A DNA stretch of 62,309 bases, the filler included, from Sphacelaria rigidula (taxonomy: Eukaryota), in NCBI GenBank assembly GCA_964200075.2. It is 6 parts of 6 records of this genome, joined end to end, with 100 filler letters (N's around TTAATTAATTAA, not from the genome) between each part and the next. Parts side by side here need not be neighbours in the genome. Positions count along the whole stretch, not along the records: positions 10,403 to 20,704 come from CAXNAA020006756.1; positions 20,805 to 31,106 come from CAXNAA020006757.1; 4 more parts are not named here. The stretch is one strand, 5' to 3'. The notes under the pieces were generated by a model, which was not told the origin of the DNA, did not search any database, and saw nothing but the letters and a program-made list of their open reading frames with translations. A program made the translations under genes and the position numbers. This document shows positions 13,901 to 27,040 of this stretch, one piece after another. Every line of letters starts with the position of its first letter. The first letter of the stretch is position 1.

Positions 13901-15530
13901 TAGCTCGAACCCCAACACCAGAAACCCTGGTACCTTCACTTCGGATCGCTTAGACCCATGACGCAACAACGCCGGCGTTTTCAAGTCTTCGGCGCCACCG
14001 ACAGCACTTCCGAATATTTTTTCAACACTGTCCGCGGAGTCCGTCACTCAGACCGTTCACCCGACCCCCCCCGGCATTATACAGGAGCGCAACTGACGGC
14101 CGTTCAATTCGACCCCCGTCTTCGACCTCCACACATTTTGCAACACAGCCCGCAGAGCCCGCGACCAAGAGTGTTCGCCCGGCTCCCCCGGCAATATACA
14201 GGAGCGCAACCGACGGCAGTTCATTTCGACCCCCGTCATCACCCCTTCGCACACCGCGTAACGGTTGTGTCAACCCGCGACTCATACCTACACCCGGCCT
14301 TGAACTTGGTCCTTCAGTACCGAGTGTAAGTCTGAGTTGTGGAAGGACCAACCACCAGTTCCTGAGGCAAAGGCTTCCCTCAGCGACCGCACGCACAGGT
14401 AGTCACAAGCTTTCTTCAGCTGACCCCAGGGTTACTGATTTGAATTTGACCACATCGGATCATGTCGTCCTCAATCAGCTGGATCAAGTTCCTTCCTCGC
14501 AATTTTGAACCCGCGCAAAACTACCTTTGGCAGGTTCAAATAACAACCGCCCCAGAATACCTTCGGCCATGTCTCCCCCGCCAAGCTTGCCTACGGAAAG
14601 CAGCCCACAAGCTTCGCCCCATCATGCTCCGATGCTGACCCCATCCACCCGACTGGACGCAGTGATGGTCTCGTCCTTAAATGCTTCGGAAGTTCCCCGC
14701 CCTTCGTCACGGCGGAAGAGAAAGCCCCGTAAGCATGCCCCCAAGGACGCGCGCGCATCACTACGTACCCCTCTTTTGAGCGGAAATCCTCGACCTCAAT
14801 CCCTCCAAAATGCGACGGCTTTGAGCTCGACGGCCCTATCAATAATCACGGAAGAAAGGGAATCAGATATTTCTGACGCCTCTTCTTGTTTAATGGATGA
14901 CTCCAGACACATTCAATCTGGATCTGCCTTAGACGGTATTCTGTACCAACCAAAGACGATCATTTATGAAATCGCTAATGGTCATCCTGACCGTGCCACA
15001 CCTGGAAATGATAAACCGTCCACCCCCTTCTTTGGTGAAGAATCTGACCCACCGGCGGACCAACCGCCTTGTGTTTTTGCTGTCAGCCACGCCGATCCTG
15101 ACCAGTTTACCTTGCCGGAACACGGTCCGGATCTTGTCGGCGGAAAAATGTCTGTAGATCCGGCCACTTTCAGTACTCGCGTTGCGATCCATGCCGGTCC
15201 AAACGCTATCACGCCTACGAAATGCGTATCTTTGTTGGACAGCGGCAGCCCGCAAACATTTATTCGGGAATCAACATGGAAACACATGAAACAGACTGGC
15301 GCTGCTACTGCAGCTTGCGAAACCACCACCAAACCTCGCGTGTGGGGCGGTTTCGGTGATTCTGCCGCGCCACTGACGACACGAAAATCCGTACGTCTCA
15401 ACACCACTCGATCTGCCAGCCTGGCAGTCTGGGTGTACATCGTCCCCGACAACACAATGCATCACGCCATACTATTGGGCAGAGATAGATATATGCGGTT
15501 TAATAAACGAACCTACCGCACGCTTCCACC
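10968..15530 (+). mobile_element. Decayed LTR retrotransposon (probably Ty3/Gypsy-like), gag plus aspartic protease
   Basis: Long gag-like frame broken by frameshifts and by stops at 11943 and 12729. CCHC knuckle CINCKAQGHSMRDC at 13593-13634. Retropepsin motifs LLDSGS (15232-15249) and ILLGRD. No RT or integrase is visible after about 15530. Confidence 0.8.
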
Positions 15531-15534
15531 ACTA

Positions 15535-18500
15535 AACAGGGGATTCTATAAAATGAGGTTCATCAATGAAATGAGGTTTGAAGACCCAAGCCGTTGAATA
15601 TCAAAAAGCCTTCAAGAGTACCGCACGACGCTGCTGATGCGCAATTTTTTAGGAGGAGTAGGAAGTGCGTTCGTGGTTTCACTTGCCGCCCATCCCTGGT
15701 TAGCTGCGGGCGACGGACGGCGTCAAACTTCACCATGGTCAGAGGGAAAAGCGGGAACCATGTCATCAATTTGTCCATGGGAGAGCGATTGATTGTCTAT
15801 GATGTTCTCACTGTGGTGCCTCGAGCCCGTGTCCAGCAGAAAGTATACGGCGCCAGGCTGATCGTCACTGACGGGCATGAGGAGGGAAGTAGCTTTTCAC
15901 TATCCCGGAGACGAGCACATACCAAATCAGGATATAAAAATGGGATATCATGGAATATTGTGACAACGCGTTCTAGAGAAGGCAATGATATCTAATATCC
16001 GTGCGGATTTTACCAGGTTCGAGCATACATGCCGCTGCAATGGTGACCACTCGACACAACAACAGCCCTACGACGGGCGATAGTGTGGGAGGAACTCTTG
16101 GCAAGAAATAGATCAACCTCGTCACGGGTGCATGGGCCCTTGATTGTGCTGGTCGCACTCCAACAGATCACCTAGGGATCCACCGGGGCAACCCGAGGCC
16201 TCACGTGCTGAATCACGACATCACGACGATAGTTGAAGCCCCCAATCTCCCGCGACTGATGCGATGAGGAAAAGACAGAAATGCTACGCATCAAGCCCTG
16301 GCCCTCTTCTCCATTGTATCCAATGCTGGCTTGGGAATCCTGTCACCAACGTTTAGCTTCTCGCACGAGGCGACAACCAGCTCTGCTTGCATCCACTCAA
16401 CGTCCGGCACTAACTTTCGCCTCTTGCTCTTACTGCCTATTGTACACCCTTCACGGTTTCCCACTGCCTTGTAATCTGCTGTGATTTTTCCTTTGCCGTA
16501 TTCGCCGATGTTGTAGGCAGAAGCGTTGTTTCGAATGGCGGAGTTGGCCGGCGATCACCAGCGCACCTGAACTCCTGCTTCGCCATCGGTCCCCTCGCGC
16601 TTGTCCGTAACCCTACCCACCAAAAACGGAACTTTGTCGCCGAGAAAGAAAACAAAATTTTCCTTGTCGAAAGAGGGAACATACCCTGCTGGATGGCCAT
16701 CTCCGTCGCCCCCGCTACCTAGCACTAAGTTGTCGACACCACCTTTTCCCGGATCCTCATCGACAGGCGGCTTCCGCCCCTCCACAGACCCCTCGACTAT
16801 ATCAACATCCCCATCTGCCCCCGCTCTCTCTTCCCGTGACCCTCCAGATGGCTGCACGCCATTACGCTTGAACCAATGACACGGAAGGTTCCACGGTACT
16901 GACCCTTTCGCGGCCAGAAGTCTGTGGGACGTCGCCATGTCGTCCTTGATGGCCTGCTGTTTGTCGAAATCTGCGCGTCGCACGGGAGGGTGGAGGCAGT
17001 GCATCTGAGATATTCAGGGCTCGGATGCGCTCCTGCGGTGGGGAAAATGATATGAGAAATAAGGGTGAGAAACTTGGACCCGCCGTCCGCAGCGAAAATA
17101 AAATAAATAGAGTACACAGCGATCAGGATACAGCGTCACCACTTGGGATGCTTGGGGGTACAACGCACCGAGGGGGTAGAGGGTAGCTAGCCGACTGTGG
17201 ACGGCGTTGTAGCGAGCCAGTATGTTATCTCGCTGTGCGCCATCCATGTCCTTCAGGTCGAATGGAGGTGCGCACTCCAGATCTGGAACACCCATGCGGA
17301 AGAGCGGGTGAGGGGCTCCCTCGTAGATCCCGGCGGCCGTCTTTCCCGTGAAGACTGTAGCATGCATGTGCTTCTTCATGCCGACGGTCACATGCTCCGT
17401 CCCCGCTGGGCGGATTTCGAATGAACGGGGCTGAGTCACGCCGCGAATGGGCAGCACACGGCCACCTCCACCGACAGCTCCTTTGAAGTTGCCGAGGGAG
17501 CGAAGAGTAGTGGTGAACACCTCCAGTGCCTTGTACGCCTTGCGAAATGCTTCCGCCTGCTGCCTTCTCGTGAACAGGCAAACTCCCTTGCAGTGAATGG
17601 AAATTCTGGTGAAAAATTCAAATGCTTGTGTCGTCGGTTCTTGCTATATACAGCTAAAATTCTTCTCATCGCCACCTCGCTGTACGCATAAAACATATCC
17701 CTGAATATGCCAGTACGAAATCAGGCCAATTTGTTCGACCCATGATATTATGGTATTTAGGAGCGTAAGTACGTGTGCTATGGATCATCGTGGATTCACG
17801 TCCAGTCCACCTACGGCGCTTCGAAATCGCATATATCTGGACACCGTGTCGGCGTGGAATATCGCTGCCGGAGGCGGTATTTCATCTGCTCTTAGGGTTT
17901 TGTCCACCGCGTCTATGGAGGCGACGCATGACTTGTGCAACCCGTGTCAACAACAGCAGAGGTACTCGTGCAGTGAGAGATCTCGTCTGAAAAACATACG
18001 ACAACATGAACGAAATATATATATATCAAAATATGGCGGGATTATTGAGTGATGGGTGCGGTTTCACGCCTGCAGTATCACAGTAGAAGGCGAACGATTT
18101 CGTTCATCCCTTCCAGTGCGGTGGGGATGGTGTTTCCTTGCCCCCCGTCGTATTCGCGGATAAATTACAATTTAGTTTGATGTGGTCACGGGGAGGAACA
18201 GCGGGGTCGCGGGTAAATGATGTAACCATTACCGGGTCTTGTGATGGGTGGGTCCATTCGTGCACTGGATGAAATCAACGTCTTGGTTGAATTCACTACG
18301 GTTCGTATAAGGAACGACCATTTTCTCCCGTGACACAAAGCTACATGATTTCCTCCACTCGTCACTGTTGTTTGCAAGGATGATCCCGACGCACCTCGAA
18401 AAGACCTGGTCAATCATGGTGTGGGTATGTCCCACCATCATGAAATTAATTTCCACGCGGCCGATTCTCCCACGGGCCACAAGACATCCGAGGTATCCCA

Positions 18501-20690
18501 GCACGATGTGGTTCTTATTTTCTCCAACACAGTTGTCGAGTTGCAGATACAGCTCATCGATGTAAGCTGGTGTGTCGCCGGTGCAGTTCAAGTCGAATAA
18601 ACGGGTATGCGCGAGGTGGATTGAAGTGCAAATAAGATTGCTCCCTGCACAGCGGCGAGCAACGACGGCGTCAGGGCGCGAATGTCAGTATTCTCGGGGG
18701 TTGTTGGCTACGAGGAATGCCGTAACAACCCATCTCTTACTCTCGGTCGGGGTACGAAAAGGCCTCCCGAGCAGATTGCTCGGATAAGAAAGCAAGATAG
18801 CCGAGTGTCTTAGGTCCCCCGCGGTGCGCAACTCATTGCGGGCGGTGTCTGGCTCACGAACGCCGTGACTGCGTGCACATCGCGTGGGAGAGCAGGGACT
18901 CACCTCCTCCGATTGTGAGGGGAGACAGGAAGAAATTCCACGAACTGCATTTCCACAAGTACTGCCATAACTGTTTGGCGCTCCGCGTATCCTCTGCCAG
19001 ACGTGGTGATCGCCAACAACGACGAGCAGAAGTCATATGCACCACTGAAGCAACATGAATGGATATTCAGGGAATCAGTTACTCACGTACTTTTTATGGC
19101 GTCCCGGCTCATGACAGAAACCCTCGAAGGGCGATAAGTAACTCGATATATGCCTTGACACCTCCTGCGGTCTCGGAAGAGACAATTCTCCGAATACCGC
19201 CTTTGCAGCAACACGGTCGTGAGAAAACACATTGAAACATTCGTCACACTTCATACAGGATGTTTGCACCAAAACGCAGCATATTCCGGGCAGGATACTG
19301 TGTGGTGCCCTTGTATTTTTCGAGATGAGGAGCAGAGAATGAAGGTGTAAGGAATCGTCCAATTCTAGGGGCCGAAGAAAAGCGAGGGAAAATTTGAAGC
19401 GAGTGGGGGTGCAGACAATAATAGAACGGTGCAGAACACACGTGTACGACCTGGAGATATGCAGGGAAACATCATCGCATCGGACTGAAATACAAAGGGA
19501 AAGGGGGGGAATGATGCTTCGTTACCCGTGCTGTCGCGATAACCGCTCTCTCACCTGTCTGTGCCGTGTGTCAACGGCGAGCACATCGGTGAGGCGAATG
19601 CCGTTTGGGCTGCTGCGTCTGCTTGCATGGACACGTACTTGAGTGGTTCCATGTTCGCCTTTGCTCTAACGGCACCGGAGCTGATGGTGGCCACCCGCTG
19701 TCGGTCTGCCGTCAACACCTGAAGGAGCAGCGGGATGGCGACGTGCGGCTTTTTCAGGGGCGCCTGGTGGTGCACTAGGCTCTGCGGGATTGGTTAAACT
19801 CATTTCCCGATCGCGACACCTCAACAAATACGCGTGCTTAGGCCCGTGAAGACCTGTCTGCCGCCCGCGGCTCGAATGAGGCACTCTACTCGCGGGATAG
19901 CGTACCTTCAGAGGAGGATGAAATGGTACTGGGTGAGGGGAGTGACACAACGGTCGAGGCGTCCAAATCCACGCCCTACTAGCGCAACTGTACGATGACA
20001 AAAGATCTTGAGTCCTGAACAAGCCGAGGGTGGCGAAGATGCATCCTGGAAATACATGAACAGGAGGTGATGGTGACAGAGTTTTTGCAGTTAAAAAGTG
20101 AAAAATCTAACTCGGCGTACCAGAGGCGTAGCCCGGCGCAGAAAAGTGCGCAATTCATTTGTCGTTGAGTGCATGCATGCGCGTTTTTCTCGCGGTTGAA
20201 CCAACACCAAGTTACTCAACAAGAGTACGAGGCCAGAGTCTCCTCATGACTTCTGGGGGTTGGGCTGTCGTGGCCTATTCGCGGCATTTTTTCGTCGTGG
20301 GGACGCTGCATACAGAATAAGCTCACGATGTTCTCACCTTCATATGCTCAGCTTGCCCCGCTGCGGCCTTCTTCATCGTGTCGGGGTTTGCCGTTACCCT
20401 CACATCTGCTGTCCCATTCAGGGTGTCGTGAAAAAGCGTGCAGCTGTGACACTCTATAAACGAGCATCCGGAGCGCATCTTGTAGTGTGGGCTGTGTTTC
20501 CGCAGCGTTAGGTAAAAATAGGCCTTGCTAACGGCTGCCGCTTCGACACGAGTCGCCTCTGCCACGTAAGTGTCGTACAATTCCTGCCGAACGTCGCGGT
20601 GCATCGGAGGAATAAGTAACGCCATGGGTCGCGCGAATCTGCGCTTGCGTGGAATCGATAGTGGAGAGGGTCATGCTACGGTAGGACAGG
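15535..20690 (-). pseudogene. Intron-containing Sola-like DDD transposase (DUF7869-like), degenerate
   Basis: Exons at about 20625-20338 (FIECHSC), 19718-19555 (YVSMQADAAAQ), 18993-18904 (frameshifted) and 18644-18395 (GSNL...LYLQLDNCVGENKN...FMMVGHTHTMIDQVFSR). Downstream ORFs at 17520-17014 and 17004-16555 (PFLVGRV...VQVRW). Outer boundaries are approximate. Confidence 0.8.
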
Positions 20691-20704
20691 GGGGAGGGGG
20701 GAGG

Positions 20705-20804
20705 NNNNNNNNNNNNNNNNNNNNNNNNNNNNNNNNNNNNNNNNNNNNTTAATTAATTAANNNNNNNNNNNNNNNNNNNNNNNNNNNNNNNNNNNNNNNN
20801 NNNN
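20705..20804. other. Artificial scaffold gap/linker
   Basis: N44-TTAATTAATTAA-N44. Confidence 0.98.
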
Positions 20805-21493
20805 GTCTTGGCCTTGTAGGGATGCGAGGTCAATGGTCTTATGACTATGGCATGCATGATCATGAGTACTGCGGGCTCAACCTTGACATGAGACATGAAT
20901 GCATTGAAAATATGTTTTCTATATAGCCGCACGTGCCATGCAGGAATTTTCCGGCTCTTGAGATCTTGAATACACCGAAATAGCCGATAAAAAGGGGGCA
21001 ACATTGCCCCGCAGTTTGTTGTCAATTCAAATGAATTGGTCAGAACTCGTCGGTCGATGTGCTTACACCTTCGCTTGGTGTTTGCCAAGACGGACGTCGC
21101 CCGATTCGGCTTGAAGTTTCTTCTTCTCCCCCTTGATTCGATTACGTACATTCGATTTCCGGTTTGCATTTTTTACAGCATACCCTGAATGCCGCGAATT
21201 GGCAGCGTGTTTTTTCAACCGTCATTTTCCATTGAAAGAAGGGTTCATGTCGCAACGTCACCTCGAATTCGGCATCTCCACCCAATTTCCAGTCAGGACA
21301 TGTTTTTTTTTTCTCAGTTGAAGTAAGAATCGAGACCGCGAGACTTTGGCCTGAAACAGCGGAGAAATACCCCTTCTGGTCGCTGCATCCTCGTGATCTC
21401 TAATTTGACAAATCGGAGTAGCGAGCGCGATTTCCCGTTCCTTGCTCCGTTACATGTCTGCCTTGCCGTGCTTACTGCCGTGATGCCGACCAG

Positions 21494-21546
21494 GGGAGGC
21501 TCCAAGTGGGGCAGCCCGCAGAAGCCGGTGTACATAATCGAAGTTG
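21494..21546 (+). CDS. SAM-dependent methyltransferase (MidA/Methyltransf_28-like), first visible exon
   Basis: ccag|g acceptor and g|gtgaga donor. Encodes GGSKWGSPQKPVYIIEVG and splices in phase to the next exon, forming motif I (EVGAGSAK). Confidence 0.8.
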
Positions 21547-21878
21547 GTGAGAGCCGTTAATCTGCCAAGTGCAACGTATGATTCATCTCGTTAGATGTGG
21601 CAATGCCATGGTCAGGGCTGCATCGTAAGGGTCCTTGCCCTGACGCCGGAATGCATTGTTTATTTTCCCAGAGCCTACCGCTAGCATTTTGCTTGCGGAA
21701 ACGGCTTCGGATGAGTGATTTTGTCAGCAAGGACTTGATCGGCATTGCTGCAACATGTGGCAGATGGTACCGCCACTTCTCGCATGGTTGAGACATGCAA
21801 ACCGCGTCCCGAACTCTTGCAATATCTCTCCTTACTAGCCCCCAATAATCGAAATTGTATAATTCAACGCCGAACCAG

Positions 21879-22344
21879 GTGCGGGTTCGGCGAAGCTCAG
21901 CTACGTCCTTCTCCAGAAGCTACTCAAGCTCTCGGAATACCTTCCGCGCAAAGGAGATGACCGAACCCCAGACAAGGGCGTTGGCAACGACAGCAACACG
22001 GCTAGCCGGGGCGGGTTCTGCTTCAAATACGTCATCACAGATTTCTCGCACGCCAACTTCGGCTTTTGGATGAATCACCCTCGATTACAGGAGCTCTTTG
22101 CTCTGGGCATCGTAGATTTCGCTGTTTTCGACGCGGAAGCGGAGACTGGAAAGTTGGGGGCAGGGTCCGCGGTACACATGGGAGCAGCGGGTGTTGATGG
22201 GCAGGGGAAAGGAGTGGGACTCTGGGGCTCTGGGTGTTTACGGTTGGAGCTATCTGGAGAGGAGATTAGGCCTGGGGATTTAGAGCATCCGGTGATTGTG
22301 GTGGCGAACTACGTGTTTGACACGCTCAAACAGGACGCCTTTAG
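21879..22344 (+). CDS. SAM-dependent methyltransferase, visible exon 2
   Basis: aaccag|gt acceptor and ag|gtgaga donor. Open frame AGSAKLSYVLLQKLL...FKYVITDFSHANFGFWMNHPRLQELFALGIVDFAVFDAE...PVIVVANYVFDTLKQDAFR, containing motif II (YVITD) and ANYxFD. Confidence 0.9.
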
Positions 22345-23149
22345 GTGAGAGGAGAAGCAATGCGAGTTTGCTTGTGTTGTGTTTTTGTTGTCATTGTCAT
22401 TGCCGTTGTTATTGTTTTCATCCATGCTCTTTGTTTCGTTTTGCTGTCGTTTGCTATCATTTGCTATCATTTGCTATCATTTGCTGAAACAGTCTTGGTA
22501 GTCATGTTCGTTGTGGACGCTCAATGGTGTGCGTTACTTTCGCGGGTCATTACTCACGGGCATGCCAAGTCGTCTCGCTGCGCGCTGAGGGAGCTTTGGA
22601 CAGCGTTGCGCGTGATCCAGTCTCACTTTTGTTACCGCCCCTCCAAAAACGAGATAAGGTGGAGTGGGCGGACTAGACGAAGCATAGAATCACGCAGGAT
22701 TCTGGCATATAACTTTCGAACACTCCTACCGTATTTATAGTGTACTTATATCGTATGTTTAATTCCCCTTATTATCCCGGCTCAGATCGTTCCTACCCAC
22801 CACAGTGCACTCAATGGCGATAGATATTTCCCCAACAGCTGCCGCGGCAGATGCACTTATGGTCTGATGCACGAACCCGATGATTATTTTCCATTGTGGC
22901 ATCTGAATCACGAACGTATGAAAATTCACTCTGTGTTGCCTATCTTATCGTGCTTCTGTGCACACAGGCAGGGGTCTTGCTAGCAGCCCTCGCTCAAGCC
23001 CAACATTTGCGCCCGAGCTATTTTCAGGTCGTGGTTCATTTATACCTCGGCTTCAACTTTTGATTCGCGAGAGCGGTGTACAAGTATCACGTTGGAACTT
23101 TGTGCACCAGTTGGTGTGGGTCTCGGCTGTGCAGACAAGATAATTTTTT

Positions 23150-23253
23150 CAAGGGTGTGTTGCGTAGGGTATTTCCTACATTCGGGTGGTTCGAAAAATC
23201 GTACTCCAAGTACCCGAAACTCGGGTAGAGTCATGAGATCGTGCTCAACAATA

Positions 23254-23288
<35 letters not shown>

Positions 23289-23572
23289 CGCACTTTAACT
23301 GACCCCCCAGGGGTCCAGCCGTGGTCTCATGATCGACGTACCCAACAAAATCAAAACTGAAACACGCTCCTATGGGGGGAAAAAAGGAAACAGAAAAAAA
23401 AAATATATATATATATATATATATCAATACGACATATATATATATTGGGTAGAGTATTGCAATCGTACCTCACTCTACCCAGTATTTCGGTAGAGTCTGA
23501 AGATAGGACCATCGCAACAGAACATTCGGGAGAGGAAATACCCAGGTATCTCCCCTAACCAACCTGCCCTTG
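23150..23572. mobile_element. hAT-like MITE interrupted by a LINE tail
   Basis: caaggg...cccttg termini as in 2901-3104 and internal gggtagagt/actctaccc inverted motifs. The insertion occupies about 23254-23440. Confidence 0.55.
23254..23400 (-). mobile_element. Extreme 3' end of the same RTE-like LINE family
   Basis: (GATT)n tail plus gtcgcactttaactgacccc...ggtctcatgat...gaaacacgctc, the reverse complement of 42855-42960. A weaker copy lies at about 26180-26320. Confidence 0.75.
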
Positions 23573-24670
23573 GAAGGTTTCGAAGTAGATGCTGAGCAAG
23601 TTGAGATATCTCCAACTCTGGGCGAGGTATTTGGACATGACAGATGCGGTCAAAATGCCCGCTAGAAGCAGCATGGTACAAAAACGGATGGCAGTTTTGT
23701 TGTACATAGCTCTTGGTAGCAAGTGCAATGCAAGCTCTCTGGACCTCGTGCTACACCTTCGGTGTACGTTTTTGGTTGTATGTAACATGAAAGACGACTA
23801 TCACATCGTTTGGGTGCTTGCGTGGCATTTTGAGTCGATTAGCGTTCTTTTCGTGTTTGGAAGTCGGCACAACCGCTGCACAGTTCCTATTGAATACCGG
23901 CTGCTTTGTAGCACATTCAAGCACCCTTTGACGCAACGACATCTATCACCGTGTCCAACCTCTGTCACATCATGTACGTTGCGGCAAGGATGACACTCGT
24001 CCCTACCTCTTGAAACGGACTGCCCATGATATCTTGATAGCGTGCATTGTGTCCATGTCTCACGAATCCGCGTGGCACAGAAGATTTTTTGCATTTGATT
24101 TCAGCACAGCGATATGGAGAAGGTGGATGCCTATTTATTTGTATTCAAGTCAAATGCGACTTTTGTATTCAATTTGGAGATATTATCCTACTTCAACTAC
24201 AGTTTTTAGTAGGTCGGGTTATCTCCCAAACCCTTCATATATTTTGCACGGTAACAGGGATGATCCCAAGGTTATAGGCGTTGCCGCAACGGCTCGGGAA
24301 ACGATGTCGCATGACAGTAGCATCCTCTCGCAATACGATGAAGCTCATCCACGTGCGGAAGGGGTTGGTGAACAACGAAGCAGCAACAAGCCCCCCCCCC
24401 CCCGTTGTACACCGTCTCACCCTACTCCAAAGTGTGGGTTAGGCTTTGATCCTTCCTGGGATACATCGCAGTCGTCCTCACCATCTGCCATACTCGCGAG
24501 GTGCTGTGGATTGTTCTGACGAAATGGGGGGCAAGTTTGCAGCGTCCGCTCTGGAAAATTGTGATGTTCGTCGTTATCCAGCGAAATGCGGAAGCGTTCG
24601 GTTCGAAAGTGCATGATATGACGAAACACTGTTGGGCGAATTGTGCATGGTGATTCGTGGATGTTGACAG

Positions 24671-24784
24671 GGTACATGAAGGTGCTCTTGAGGAATTGAT
24701 GTGCACCACCTCGTACAGCGGAGTGGAGCGTCCGCTTTCTCCAGATATGCTACGATACATCAAGTGTTCTTGGAATCCCGTCAG
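24671..24784 (+). CDS. SAM-dependent methyltransferase, visible exon 3
   Basis: gacag|g acceptor and ag|gtgatt donor, phase 2 at both ends. Encodes VHEGALEELMCTTSYSGVERPLSPDMLRYIKCSWNPVR. Not present in the ORF track. Confidence 0.8.
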
Positions 24785-26819
24785 GTGATTGTCGTATGCT
24801 ATGAGGTATGAGGTATGAGGTATATGCTGTCCAATGAAGACAACTCACTAGCGCTATCAAGTATCATGTCATTGTGTGGCGTGTCCGGTGCCTTGTTGTG
24901 ACCCACGAAATGTTGGATTTTGCCTCCATCCGGGTGTTGACGTGTATGTATATGTATATGTGGATTTTGATATATTATATGAGGGGGGGGGGGGGGGGGG
25001 GGGGGGGGTGGTTNNNNNNNNNNGGTGGATAGGGGTGGGTTGTGCTAAGGGGGTTGGGGGATGGCGTGGTGTGGGTGCGGGGGGGGCGGGTGGGGGGGGT
25101 GTACTTTTCGTTGCTCGCCTTAGTCGTTTGACCATTGACCATGGGGGGCGGAATATCAATTTTCTATCGAATTTTGATATAGTTCATTTTTTGTTGTGGT
25201 CACCACGTACAGATGGTATCCCGTGTTTTCATATTAATGGTTGAATATTGGACACTCTGGGCAAATTTGACTTTTCATGCTGATAGCGCTATGCCATGTG
25301 TAGGCTAGACACGTCCTGTCTGTTGTGTTCCCATGACGATGCTACTTGGCCAGAACCCAAGGGACAAGATTCCCCCTGTTCCTCATCATTGCTACCATTG
25401 CCATCGGCTCGTCTCTTTTTGTTATCTCTGACTTTCTTGGGTGTTCCTGTCATATATTGTTCAGTCTCCAGTGCGCAGGCTATGTAGATGATCTCTTTGA
25501 ACAGTTCTCTAGACAGTAGAGGTATTTGGGATTGGTTCTTGTTTCATGCGATATTTCCATCAAATACTTGCGGTTACTACACTGTGTACACACCAGTGCG
25601 TGGCAAGGTAGCACGCCGGGAGTACTCAGCTTCCAGCAGGTCTTGTATAGTTCGATCGGTCTTCTATAATAGGGACCTTTCGGAGTGCCTGTTTTTTCGT
25701 GTAGAGGTTTTGTTTGTAGCCTTCCTCTGTTCGCTTGTTGGATTGTGGGTATGAAAGATATCCTCCTTGCACTCGGTGACCATGGGTTCGAGAAATCGAG
25801 CTAATGTGACGGAAATAATTATATTGATTCATGTGTGGAGAGTACGTTCCTGGGGTTTCTAGGCTTCCTTATTTCCGATCCCCTAGACAACATCTACCAG
25901 GATCATTTCCCACGACCAATAACTCGCTAGCTGTCTGGTCCCCACGAGGGACTCACTCTCTCTAGCACTATCAACCTGTGTGTGTTCCACACTACTACAG
26001 TATATCCACGAACCTCGGCGCAACAGCTAGAGCACGAGTACTGCACTCACGGTAGCCTGTCTTCCATGAGAGCATGGTGTTCGCTGGTCTACGTAGATAT
26101 ATATTCATAATACCTTGGGTTTCGACTCAAAGGCGGTTTAATTGTTCTTGATCTGCTTTTTTTTTTTCATGATCGTACTCTTACTGATTCCCCAGGAGTC
26201 GTGATCCAGCCGTAGTCATTATCCACATGGTAGACGTACCCGAGATGAAGCAAAAGTGAAATACTCGCTGAAGAAAAGACGACAAAAAAGAGGTGAAAAA
26301 ACAGAAAAAGGTAAAACAGACCCAACAGTTAGTGTAAGCATTCATTGACCGCCCTCAGGTGCATATCATGTGGGTTAGAGCCTGATTCCTGCACTGTACA
26401 CGATCATCACGCCGCTTTCAAGTGGAGCACGGATATTTTGATGCTCACAGTCGCCGCATGTAGCACAAACAATCGGACGCTCTGTTGCGGTATATGTATA
26501 CACAGATAACATATTATACGCAACTGTGCATCGCCTACTATCGTCATTATCCATGGTATTGAGAACTCGGGTGACACCCCCCTCAGTCTCGCACATGATG
26601 AGCTTCTTATCACATTTGGGGAATGTTGCTCCTGGCTTGCACTTGGTAGCGGCCCTTGAGCGCCCAACGCCCGTGAAGCAAGTGTTGTCGACCACCGTTG
26701 CTACAGCCTTACGCTAATCGTGCACTCATTCTTCACGCTTAACTGTCGAATCTTGGAGTCGTTTTGATCTCATTTGATCAATTTCTCCATCTCGCCTCCG
26801 TGTGTCTTGATCGGGGCAG

Positions 26820-26996
26820 GCGACGACCTGCCAGTTGCTACGCTGATGACCCACGCCTTTCGAAGGCCTTGGAAACCCTGTCAGGCTCCCACGACGAGGC
26901 GTCTTTCCTCGTGCCAACGGGGGCCGTGAGGGCCCTGGACGCCCTTCGAGCGCTCGTGCAAGGAGGCAAAGCGCTGGTTATTGCAGGAGACAAAGG
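26820..26996 (+). CDS. SAM-dependent methyltransferase, visible exon 4
   Basis: ggcag|g acceptor and gg|gtgcga donor. Encodes RRPASCYADDPRLSKALETLSGSHDEASFLVPTGAVRALDALRALVQGGKALVIAGDKG. Confidence 0.88.
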
Positions 26997-27040
26997 GTGC
27001 GATATTAGGCTTCTCTCCATCTTTTTTTTTTTGGGGGGGG

